Of a stretch of DNA of 64,000 nucleotides, positions 7,811 through 16,300 are shown one piece after another. Source of the DNA: an uncultured Bacillota bacterium (GTDB taxonomy: Bacteria > Bacillota > Clostridia > Christensenellales > Borkfalkiaceae); contig CASDTU010000026.1 in assembly GCA_949283775.1 (NCBI GenBank), forward strand, positions 668 to 64,667, given 5' to 3'. The notes beneath the pieces were generated by a model. It was given only the letters and a program-made list of their open reading frames with translations, had not been told where the DNA came from and searched no databases. The position numbers were made by a program, and so were the translations under genes. Every line of letters begins with the position of its first letter. Position 1 is the stretch's first letter.

Positions 7811-9332
7811 GTTTTACGACTTTTCCGCCCGTCAAAACGATCATCTTTACGGCCGCCAATGAAAAGTCCCTCGCCTCGATCGTCAGCGCCTTATCCAAAA
7901 CGCCGCGCGCCAATACTTTGTACGCCGCCGCCTTTTTATCGATGAGTCCGCGCGCCTTCAGCGTTTCGAGGTCCACCGTTTCGCCGTCTTTGAAATTAGC
8001 CGAAATCGTGTCCAGATTGATATACGTCCTTTTGCCCGTTTCCGTGCGAAACTCTTTGCTGTCGGCTAACGCGATCAACTGCTTCGCCGTAGAATCGGTG
8101 ATCAGGCTCTCTGCTTCGTTCACGCTGACCTGATCCGTTACGGTATAGGCGGACATCTTTTCCACCGTCGCACCCTCCGCAATGTATTGCTCCAACTGCT
8201 CTTCGGTAACGTCTTCCCCCGTCTCCCGCTTTGCATAGACCTTGATCAGCTTGCGTTTGATCAGCGGTTCGCGCTCTTCGTAAGGAATGTCCAAATATTC
8301 CTCCACCCGCTTAAAATCCAGATCCTGTTCGCCCGCGGCCTGCTCCAAAAGTTCGATCGCAAATTTCAAGCTACGGCTCCCCGTGATCTTGTAGCGCACG
8401 GGAACGTTTGCGTACCGCTTTTTCTCCGATACGTCCCTGAAATTGTATTTTTCGTCTATCTTTGCCGGATCCAGCGCGAGATATAAAATCAAACTTTTAG
8501 TATTCGCATTGATCTTGGCAAATTGCTTCCTGCCTACGTTAAAGCTGTCATAATTCCAGCTGACGCGCTCTTTCACTTTCAGATAGGACAGGATCTCGCT
8601 GCGCAGCTGATTGTACATCTCCTTTGTTTCTTCCGCCGATTGGATCAGCCTCGCCGTAAAACTGCGGCGGTACTGCACAAAGACTTTCGCCCCCGAAACC
8701 AACGTCACGAGCGCGTTATCGATCTCGTCTCCCTCGCCGGCTTCTTCCGTATCCGCGCTGTCGTCCTCGTCCGCCTCTTCTTCCGCTTCGTCTTCGCGCT
8801 TTTCCGCCTCCGAAGGCTCCGCCGCGGCTGCCTGCGGTATTTCCTTCCGATCTTCCTCTTCGGATCTCTTCTCCACCCCTTCGGCAGCCGCGGCGGCTTC
8901 CGTTTTTTCTTCTTCCGCAGGCAAAAGCTGTTCTTGCTTCTCAACTTTTTGCCAGACGGCATACAAAACGACGCTCTTTCCCGGCATACGGAACACCTTT
9001 CCGACGCCGTTTTTTCCCTCCGCATCGTAACACCATCCGACAAAGCGATATCCTTCCCGCAGAATCGCCCCTTCGCCGCCGGCTATCCGGCTGAGATCTT
9101 CCTCTTTCAGCATCGTATGAAGAGATACTTTTTTCCGAACAGATTTTCCCTGCTCTAATTTTAAAACCAACGTGCGGCGGATACTCAGCAGACAGAGCAT
9201 CACAAGAATGGCTATCACAAAAGCCGCGATCAGCCCCAATCCGATTTTTCCCGCCGTAGACGCGGCAATGCCCTTGATTTTTTCCCAAAACGAGAATGCG
9301 AGCACCGCGCTGCTTTTAAACGCACCGACCAT
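7797..9332 (-). CDS. Membrane-anchored multidomain protein: TM helix, Listeria-Bacteroides (Flg_new)-like repeat, acidic linker, YRRSF-type domain (paralog 2), uL15-like C-terminal domain
   Basis: 511 aa. The hydrophobic helix IGLGLIAAFVIAILVMLCLLSI is followed by RR/KK residues. GYRFVGWCYD...VVLYAVWQKV matches the Flg_new repeat pattern. There is an E/D/A-rich stretch, then QYRRSFTARLIQS...LILYLAL...RYKITGSRSLKFA. The tail YINLD..GETVDLETLKARGLIDKK..YKVLARGVLDKALTIEARDFS..A......GGKV is colinear with the ribosomal uL15 C-terminus. Confidence 0.8.
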   Translation of the reverse strand: MVGAFKSSAVLAFSFWEKIKGIAASTAGKIGLGLIAAFVIAILVMLCLLSIRRTLVLKLEQGKSVRKKVSLHTMLKEEDLSRIAGGEGAILREGYRFVGWCYDAEGKNGVGKVFRMPGKSVVLYAVWQKVEKQEQLLPAEEEKTEAAAAAEGVEKRSEEEDRKEIPQAAAAEPSEAEKREDEAEEEADEDDSADTEEAGEGDEIDNALVTLVSGAKVFVQYRRSFTARLIQSAEETKEMYNQLRSEILSYLKVKERVSWNYDSFNVGRKQFAKINANTKSLILYLALDPAKIDEKYNFRDVSEKKRYANVPVRYKITGSRSLKFAIELLEQAAGEQDLDFKRVEEYLDIPYEEREPLIKRKLIKVYAKRETGEDVTEEQLEQYIAEGATVEKMSAYTVTDQVSVNEAESLITDSTAKQLIALADSKEFRTETGKRTYINLDTISANFKDGETVDLETLKARGLIDKKAAAYKVLARGVLDKALTIEARDFSLAAVKMIVLTGGKVVKLRKN

Positions 9333-9479
9333 ACTGAAAAAACCTCCCTCGTTTTTTGATCTTTTTTATTATACCATTCTTTCTCCGCGCTTTGCAAGCC
9401 TTTCTAAAAATTTCCTGACGTATCCTACTATTTTCAACATTTCCGCCGAAAGCGTAGAAAACGGCCGCACCTTTTTCCA

Positions 9480-10586
9480 CTACTGCGCGCCCCGTTCAAA
9501 ACTGCCGCGCAGGATCGCATACAGCTCGGCTTGCGTAAATTGTACCCTGCAATTTCGGATGCTTTTTCCCTTTGCGGCGATCTGCGCATACTTCATCAGC
9601 GTTTCGTCCGAATACGCCTTCCCGCACCCCAATAAGGCAAACAGCCTCTCGGAGATTTCCGTCTGCGTCATTCCGAGCGCCCGAAGCACCTTTTCCGTCA
9701 GCGCCCTATCCTTTTTTTCACACGCCTTTAAAAAAGCCGGAAGCAGCAAACCGTTTGCCCTGCCGTGCGGTTCTTTATCAAAATAGGTCAGAGAATATCC
9801 CATCGTATGAACGGGACTCGTGCCCGTGTTTGCAATCACCATACCTGCCAGCATCGATCCGTACAGCAGTTTTTCGCGCGATGCAAACGAAATCATGCCG
9901 CTGGCCAACTTTTCCGTTTCCGGCATTAAAATGCGCAGGCTCTCCTCGGCAAGAAGATCCGTCAGCGCATTGGAGCGCACCGAAAACATTCCCTCGACTG
10001 AATGCGAAAGTGCGTCGACAGCCGTATTGACCGTAATGTCCCGCGGCAAATCCTGCGTATAGCGCGCGTCCAAAAACGCCGCTTTGGGAAACAGCGAAGG
10101 CGACGAAACGCTCTTTTTGGTCTGCTCCGTCTCATTTGTAAAAATGGCGTACGGCGTCACTTCGCTGCCCGTCCCCGCCGTCGTCGGAATGTGGATCATC
10201 GGTAGGACGTCCCCCGTGATCGCATGAGTAAAGAGCCCTCCCGGAGCGACGTCCTGCCGCGCGAGGACCGCGATCCCCTTTGCCGCGTCCATGGGCGAGC
10301 CGCCGCCGATCGCGATCAAAAAATCCGCCCTTTCCGCCCGCGCGCGCTTTCCGCCCTCTTCGACGCAGCGCAGGGACGGATTCTGCTCAATTGCATCAAA
10401 TATGCCGTACCGGATCTTTTTCTTTTCCAAAACGGAGCAAACATCCTGCAACGCGCCGTTTTTCGCCGAACTTTTTCCCGTTACGATCAGCGCAGTCTTG
10501 CCGAACGATTGAAAAACGTCCGCGTTCAATTCCACGCAGCGGCTGCCGAAATAAATTTGCACCGGCACAAAATATTGAAGCTGCAT
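9480..10586 (-). CDS. Iron-containing (group III) alcohol dehydrogenase
   Basis: Start trimmed to the ATG at 10584-10586 after GGGAGG. Contains FLIAIGGGSPMDAAKGIA and HIPTTAGTGSEVT motifs and His-rich metal-site regions (HSVEG, PHG). Confidence 0.85.
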   Translation of the reverse strand: MQLQYFVPVQIYFGSRCVELNADVFQSFGKTALIVTGKSSAKNGALQDVCSVLEKKKIRYGIFDAIEQNPSLRCVEEGGKRARAERADFLIAIGGGSPMDAAKGIAVLARQDVAPGGLFTHAITGDVLPMIHIPTTAGTGSEVTPYAIFTNETEQTKKSVSSPSLFPKAAFLDARYTQDLPRDITVNTAVDALSHSVEGMFSVRSNALTDLLAEESLRILMPETEKLASGMISFASREKLLYGSMLAGMVIANTGTSPVHTMGYSLTYFDKEPHGRANGLLLPAFLKACEKKDRALTEKVLRALGMTQTEISERLFALLGCGKAYSDETLMKYAQIAAKGKSIRNCRVQFTQAELYAILRGSFERGAQ

Positions 10587-10825
10587 TTTTCCTCCCGACG
10601 CCCGTTTTTTACAAAACGGACTGATATTATTTTTTTCAACAAAACTATTATACCACGCAGGCGCGCTTTTTTCAACGGATCTTTCCATGTCAAAAACGCC
10701 TGCCGCTCTTAAATTGGAAAAGACTTTTTATAAAGGCTCAAAAAGACCGACGCCGACGATCCTTCTTTCGATTTTCCGCCGCGCGCCGCCTCTCGGCAAA
10801 ACATCTTTCCGAAAAAACGTTTATA

Positions 10826-10870
10826 AGCAAAAACGGGCGGAACAACTTTCAATTGCTCCGCCCGTTTTTC
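10826..10870 (-). terminator. Intrinsic terminator downstream of leuA
   Basis: Stem aaacgggcgga/tccgcccgttt (10831-10867) with flanking A and T runs. It lies about 30 nt after the leuA stop at 10897. Confidence 0.55.
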
Positions 10871-10896
10871 AATTTTTCAACTTTATCACGGCCATT

Positions 10897-12561
10897 CTAT
10901 CTGGAAAGATAGTGATTCAGCGCACTCACCAGCGCATGTATGGAAGATTGGATTATGTCTTCATCTACGCCTGCGCCCCAATACGATTTTCCGTCTTTTT
11001 CCAGCCCGACAAAAGACAGCGCTTTGGAATCGGATTTTTCGCTCATTGCGTGCTGTTCATACGTCGTCAGCGTGAAATCCACTTTGAAATATGCTTTCAG
11101 CGCATTCGTTACGGCGTCCAAACGCCCGTTTCCTTCCGCTTCCGCCAGCGCCGTTTTCCCCTTGCAGGATACGGTTACGCTCGCCGCGATCCCGCCGCCT
11201 TCCAACTGCCTGAAATGCGTTTCCGGCACGTCGAATATTTTCCTGTTTTCAATAAATTCTTCGACGAACACGCGGTATACTTCGGCAGGTTTCAGCTCTT
11301 TATGCGTTCTGTCTGATACGCCTTTCGCCGCATAGCCCATTGCCTCTTTAAATTTCGCAGGCAAATTCAAACCGTAATTTTCCTGCAAAATAAATCCTAC
11401 GCCGCCCTTCCCCGACTGACTGTTGATACGAATGACGTCCGTCTGATACTCTCTGCCGACATCCGCGGGATCGATCGGAAGATACGGCACATTCCAATGC
11501 GGCATCTTGTGCTCCTTGCGCCACTGCATACCCTTTGCGATCGCGTCCTGATGCGATCCGGAAAATGCGGCAAACACCAGCGATCCACCGTACGGCTGGC
11601 GCGGAGATACCTGCATTTGCGTAAAAGACGTATATTTTTCGCAAATTTCCGGCATACACGTAAAATCCAGCTGAGGATCTACGCCCTGTGAATACAGATT
11701 CATTGCGATCGTAACGATATCGGCGTTTCCCGTGCGCTCGCCGTTTCCGAATAGCGTGCCTTCCACACGGTCCGCACCCGCCAAAACGCCCATCTCCGCC
11801 GTTGCGACCGCACAGCCGCGGTCATTGTGCGGATGCAGGCTCAGCACTACGTTTTCACGATAGAGCAGATTTTTGGAAATGTACTCCGCCTGCTGCGCAA
11901 AGACGTGCGGCATCGCATTTTCCACCGTCGTGGGAATATTGATGATCGCTTTTCTGTCCGCCGTCGGCTTCCACACGCCGAGCACCGCATTGCAAACTTC
12001 CAACGCATACTCAGGCTCGGTACCCGAAAAGCTCTCGGGACTGTATTCAAAGCGGTATTTTGCCTCCGCTTCGTCCGTCAGCTGTTTGAGAAGTTTCGCG
12101 CCGTCGACGGCTATTTTGAGAATTTCCGCCTTATCTTTGCGAAACACTTGCTCCCTCTGCGCGACGGAAGTCGAATTGTAAACGTGTACGATCACGTTCT
12201 TTGCGCCCTTGATCGCGTCAAACGTCTTACGGATAATATGCTCGCGCGCCTGCGTCAAAACTTGTATCGTAACATCGTCCGGGATCAGATTGTTGTCGAT
12301 CAGCGTGCGCAAAAATGTATATTCCGTATCGCTTGCCGCAGGAAATCCGACCTCTATTTCTTTAAACCCGACCTTCAACAGCAATTTGAAAAATTCCACT
12401 TTCTGCTCCAAGGACATCGGTTCGATCAAGGACTGGTTTCCGTCCCGCAGATCGACGCTGCACCAAATAGGCGCCTTTTCGATCGAATCTTTCTCCGCCC
12501 AATCCATACACCGGACCGGCGGCAGAAAATATTGTTTCGTATATTTGCTGTAATTTTTCAT
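10897..12561 (-). CDS. leuA: 2-isopropylmalate synthase (long form)
   Basis: Start trimmed to the ATG at 12559-12561 after GGGAGGAG. Contains WCSVDLRDGNQ, HPHNDRGCAVA and GTLFGNGERTGN catalytic motifs and a C-terminal LeuA dimerisation/regulatory region. It is preceded by a Leu T-box leader. Confidence 0.9.
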   Translation of the reverse strand: MKNYSKYTKQYFLPPVRCMDWAEKDSIEKAPIWCSVDLRDGNQSLIEPMSLEQKVEFFKLLLKVGFKEIEVGFPAASDTEYTFLRTLIDNNLIPDDVTIQVLTQAREHIIRKTFDAIKGAKNVIVHVYNSTSVAQREQVFRKDKAEILKIAVDGAKLLKQLTDEAEAKYRFEYSPESFSGTEPEYALEVCNAVLGVWKPTADRKAIINIPTTVENAMPHVFAQQAEYISKNLLYRENVVLSLHPHNDRGCAVATAEMGVLAGADRVEGTLFGNGERTGNADIVTIAMNLYSQGVDPQLDFTCMPEICEKYTSFTQMQVSPRQPYGGSLVFAAFSGSHQDAIAKGMQWRKEHKMPHWNVPYLPIDPADVGREYQTDVIRINSQSGKGGVGFILQENYGLNLPAKFKEAMGYAAKGVSDRTHKELKPAEVYRVFVEEFIENRKIFDVPETHFRQLEGGGIAASVTVSCKGKTALAEAEGNGRLDAVTNALKAYFKVDFTLTTYEQHAMSEKSDSKALSFVGLEKDGKSYWGAGVDEDIIQSSIHALVSALNHYLSR

Positions 12562-12699
12562 TTTGCTCTCCTCCCGTTCTGCTGCATATGCAAAGACATC
12601 TTTGCAAACCTGTTTGAATTTTTGTTTCTCTTCTATGCCGCTGTCCGCTTTGTCATAAATAATCGGCAAAATTTTCAAATCGCGCCTCAAAATTTTTAC

Positions 12700-12985
12700 G
12701 ACTGCATAAAAAATACCTGGTTTCATCTCTGAAAGAGACGAAAACAGGTTTCGCGGTACCACTCTTCTTCGCACAAAAATTGCGCGCACTCCTTTGAAAC
12801 ACGGCTACTTCGGCCATTGTTTCGCCCTTTTAACGGTAAGCCCCCGTTTTGCTTCTACCGGGATAAACCTTTCGAGCAAACCGCTCCGCGGCGAGTTCTT
12901 CCATGCGCTTCGACCGCCTCGCACCTGCCGGCGGCTCTCTGTACCTGCCCAATGAAATACTGTTCCGCATCTCTGCGTTTTTTAT
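12700..12985 (-). promoter_or_regulatory. T-box riboswitch leader, Leu specifier (CUC), with terminator/antiterminator
   Basis: The minus strand has stem I elements AGAGAG and GGUGCGA. The specifier-loop context is GAA-CUC-G (codon at 12893-12895) opposite AACAGUA. The conserved T-box sequence aGUGGUACCGCG is at 12752-12763. A terminator hairpin (12715-12749) follows, then auuuuuuau. Confidence 0.8.
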
Positions 12986-12995
12986 AATTTTATTC

Positions 12996-13024
12996 AGTAT
13001 ACCATATCTTTTGCTCTTTGTAAA
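12996..13024 (-). promoter_or_regulatory. Candidate sigma-A promoter of the leuA T-box leader (TTTACA-N17-TATACT with TG extension)
   Basis: Minus strand reads tttacaaagagcaaaagatatggtatact. The -35 is at 13019-13024 and the -10 at 12996-13001. Confidence 0.5.
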
Positions 13025-13243
13025 GTATTTCCGCCAATTTTTCTGCCGCCTGAGCAGAAGATTTCCCCTTCTCACTTCGTTTTTAACAGGAAGATTTTAA
13101 ATAGGAAGAAATAACTTTTACGATCAAGTGAATACTTACACCCAAAGGATATACTCAGGGAAATGAAACAATCAAAAAAAGTAAGGACGGCAATGATTTA
13201 GAAAATGTACCATAGAATAGTATATCCGCGGAATAGAGCGGTC

Positions 13244-13278
13244 AAAAAAAGGTAAGGGCGGCAACCCTTACCTTTTTT
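13244..13278 (-). terminator. Intrinsic terminator downstream of the 1467-aa gene
   Basis: Stem aggtaaggg/cccttacct (13250-13273), with a 7-nt A-run before and a T-run after, so a U-run follows on either strand. Confidence 0.7.
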
Positions 13279-13352
13279 AAATTTTTAAAACCCGAGAAAA
13301 GGCTCCTCGCCTTAACATCGGCTCTTGCGCGCAAGTTTGCTGTCAAGAAGTT

Positions 13353-16300
13353 CTACACAAGAGAACCTTCGCCTTTATTCCAATTGTCGCCGCTCGCTTT
13401 CTTCTCGCGCTGAACCGTCTGCACCAGCTGCCACTCATACACGCCGGATGCCGTTCCGGAAGAATACTCCTTATCCGGCACCGTCACTCCGTCTTGCGCC
13501 AAAAGATCCAAAATTTTATCGCAATACTCGTCCGTCATCGCATCGCTGCCGGGTGAAGGCTGCGAAATATCAAAATTGATCTTAATCGCGCTCACGATCT
13601 GCAAATCGCCGGATAATCTGGTCAAATCGTACGCTTCCCCGTCCGCTGAAGGGGTGCGCGCAATATTTAAAGTCAGAGCTCCCAATGCGTCGCTCGAAAC
13701 AATCGCGCCCATATTTAAGGAAACGGAATAGACATTCTCCGAAAAGCCGTAGGACCCCACCATTTGACCGGCATCGTATTTTTGTCCGTCGCTGCCGCCG
13801 CCCGTGTTTTTTATCGCATAATCTATAATGTCTTTCGCGGAGGAAGACAAATTCAAAATAAAATACAAATGTTCCATCAAAGCTGCCGTATCGCCGCCCA
13901 AGAACGAATCGAGAGTCATCACTCTGTATTCTGACGTTCCGCTCGCGCGATATGTTAAAAGGCTCGTCACATCATAATAATTTACCGTCCCGAACCAGCC
14001 GCTTCCCGTATATTTATAATACAAATCTTGCGAAGATACCGGATCGCCTTGCAAAACGTTGCGCAGCATATACACGCTGCCGCCCTTTATGACGATTTCC
14101 GTCACCGTATCCGCGCTGATGATCGGAACAAACACCATAGTAGTTTTTTTGACAAACGTGCGAATATAAACGCACAGCTCTTCCGCTTCATCATACCCTA
14201 CACGAATCTCAATATCGATAGGAATATCTTTTATGGAAGCGACGGACATCGTCAGTGTTCCTGAAAGCAGATAGCCGCCGTCCTTGGAATATTTGTAGGC
14301 GCTCAGTACGTCTTGCAGCAAAGTCCCCACCGAGGAAATATCGGTATATGTCTTCGTCAAATCCGGCTGTATTGCGTTAGTCTCCTTCAATGCCGTCAAC
14401 GACAGCCGTATGCTTCCGCCGCCCGCAACGGAAAGATCTCCGATTTTAAGGCAGTAATTTCCGTCTTCCCCGATCCCGAACTGCGCTGCGCCTTCCGGCA
14501 AAACCGCTTTCACATCGCTCTCGGCAGATGCGTATTCTCTGAAAATGCCCAAAACCAAGTTCAGCCACGCGTCCGTATCCATAACTCCAAAAATAGAACT
14601 GTTGATCGTATCGTAACCGCCGCTTAAGATCGCCGTCACAAAATCATAATAATACGGATTTCCCTGCGGCCAAAGGAGCGGACTTAAAATGGGCAGAACC
14701 GTCTCGCCGACGGCAAACAGCTCCTTGATCGGCATGGTGACACGCAGCGCCGTATCGGCATCCATCGCCAAAACCGAATACGATACATACAATTGATCCC
14801 GCAGTACGATCAAATGGATATAATGCGAATCCTGTGCGCTTCCGTCTTCCGCAAACGTGTCGATCTGCGCCGCAAAATCAAGATTTAAAATCACGTTCGG
14901 CACGATCGCATCGGACGTATCTGAAATCTGTTCGTTCTTTTCCAGCTGGATCCTACCCTCGAGCGCCACCGACATTTCCGCCGAGCTGTATCCCATCGAA
15001 AGCCCGATATACTGTGTACCGGCAATGGTTTCATACAGATTCATCGCCAGCTCGAAAATCGTTCCGCATTCTTTCGCGTCTGAAAAATCCGGCACAAAAC
15101 TGCCGTCGGCCGCAAAGATCGTGACGTCTATGCCGACAAGCTCTGCGCCCGATACGCTCAGCTTATCCGTGCGCACGGTAATTGCCGTCCCGTCGGTGCT
15201 AAGCTCGATCGTAACCTCGCCCGTCTTTTCCGACTGCAGCAGCTTTGAAAGATCCATGCTGATTTTCAGCGCGCCGCCCTCCGCTGCCGCCAATCGGAGG
15301 CTCTCGATAAAGCCCGCCAAATCCAAGCCCTCGCTGCTGAACAGCAGCAGAGCCGCTTTATTGTCTCCTTTCGCCTGCGTCTCGTTTATGATCTTCGTCA
15401 ACGTGTCCGAAAGGGAATCCAAATCCGTCTCTTTTAAACGAAGTCCGTATCCCCCGATCTCCAACGCAACTTCCTTTCCGTCATACAATACCTGAAACCG
15501 GACGCCGTTTACGTTTCCGCCCAGATACAGCCACAATCCATCAAAAAAGCGTATCTCGCCGCTCAGCGCCAGCGTCAGCGTTTCCCCTGCCGCCTGCATC
15601 GTTCCGTTGAGCTTAAAACCGATATCCTTCTTCTCGATCAGGTCGCGAACAGGCGCAACAAACTGCAAAAAATCGCCTGCCGAAAGGAAATCCCCTTCGC
15701 CCGTGATATCCTTGACGGTGTCTTCGCTTCCGCCGAACCGCATCTGCGCGCCCGCTGCCGAAAACGCAAAAGTTTGTTCGTCTTTATTATACTTTGCTTC
15801 CAGCTCGCCCAGAGCGATCCCGTTTATGTTCAAAAGCGGTTTCAGCGATTCCAGCAGCGCGTCGCCGTTTATTTTCAGTGCAAATTCCTTTTCCGTCAGC
15901 GAAAGACCGCTCAATACGTCATCGAAATCGATCCCGACAACAAACGCAATGATCTTCGAAAGCTCTACTTCCGTTCCCGAAAGTTCGGGCAGCGTCAACC
16001 CGATTTCAACGAGATCGCTTTGCAATTCGCTCAGCGTGCTCTTGATCCTTGCCTGAAAAATTTCAAGGTAGACCGTCTCGCCCTTCAAAGCAAACGCCAC
16101 GGGCAAACGGATCGTACCGTATTGAATGAGAGCTTCGCCGTAAACGGAGAACGGATCGGCCACGTCTGCCGCGAGCTTGCCGTTGATTGTCAGCCCGATC
16201 TCGGGCGCCGCCAGCTCCCAGCCGTAACTCTCGCTGCCGAGCAGTTCCTGCAAGGACAGGATATACGGCAGCAGATCCACAGCTTTCGTTTCATCGATCG

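Noticed and set aside
12562-12789. N-terminal extensions proposed by the ORF track for leuA. The same applies to rpsG (3417-3467), rpsL (4035-4085), prs (59827-60165), iorA, paaK, rnfE and others.
   Set aside because: In each case an internal ATG with a good Shine-Dalgarno sequence gives the canonical family N-terminus. The extension overlaps a leader, terminator or T-box.
12830-13075. 81-aa minus-strand ORF upstream of leuA
   Set aside because: It lies inside stem I of the T-box leader, and the RNA element explains the sequence.
13147-13264. Imperfect direct repeat tcaaaaaaa(g)gtaagg(a/g)cggcaa, about 70 bp apart, downstream of the giant gene
   Set aside because: Only the 22-nt core is convincingly similar. 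The second copy is simply the 5' arm of the terminator hairpin. It is too weak to interpret beyond a decayed duplication.
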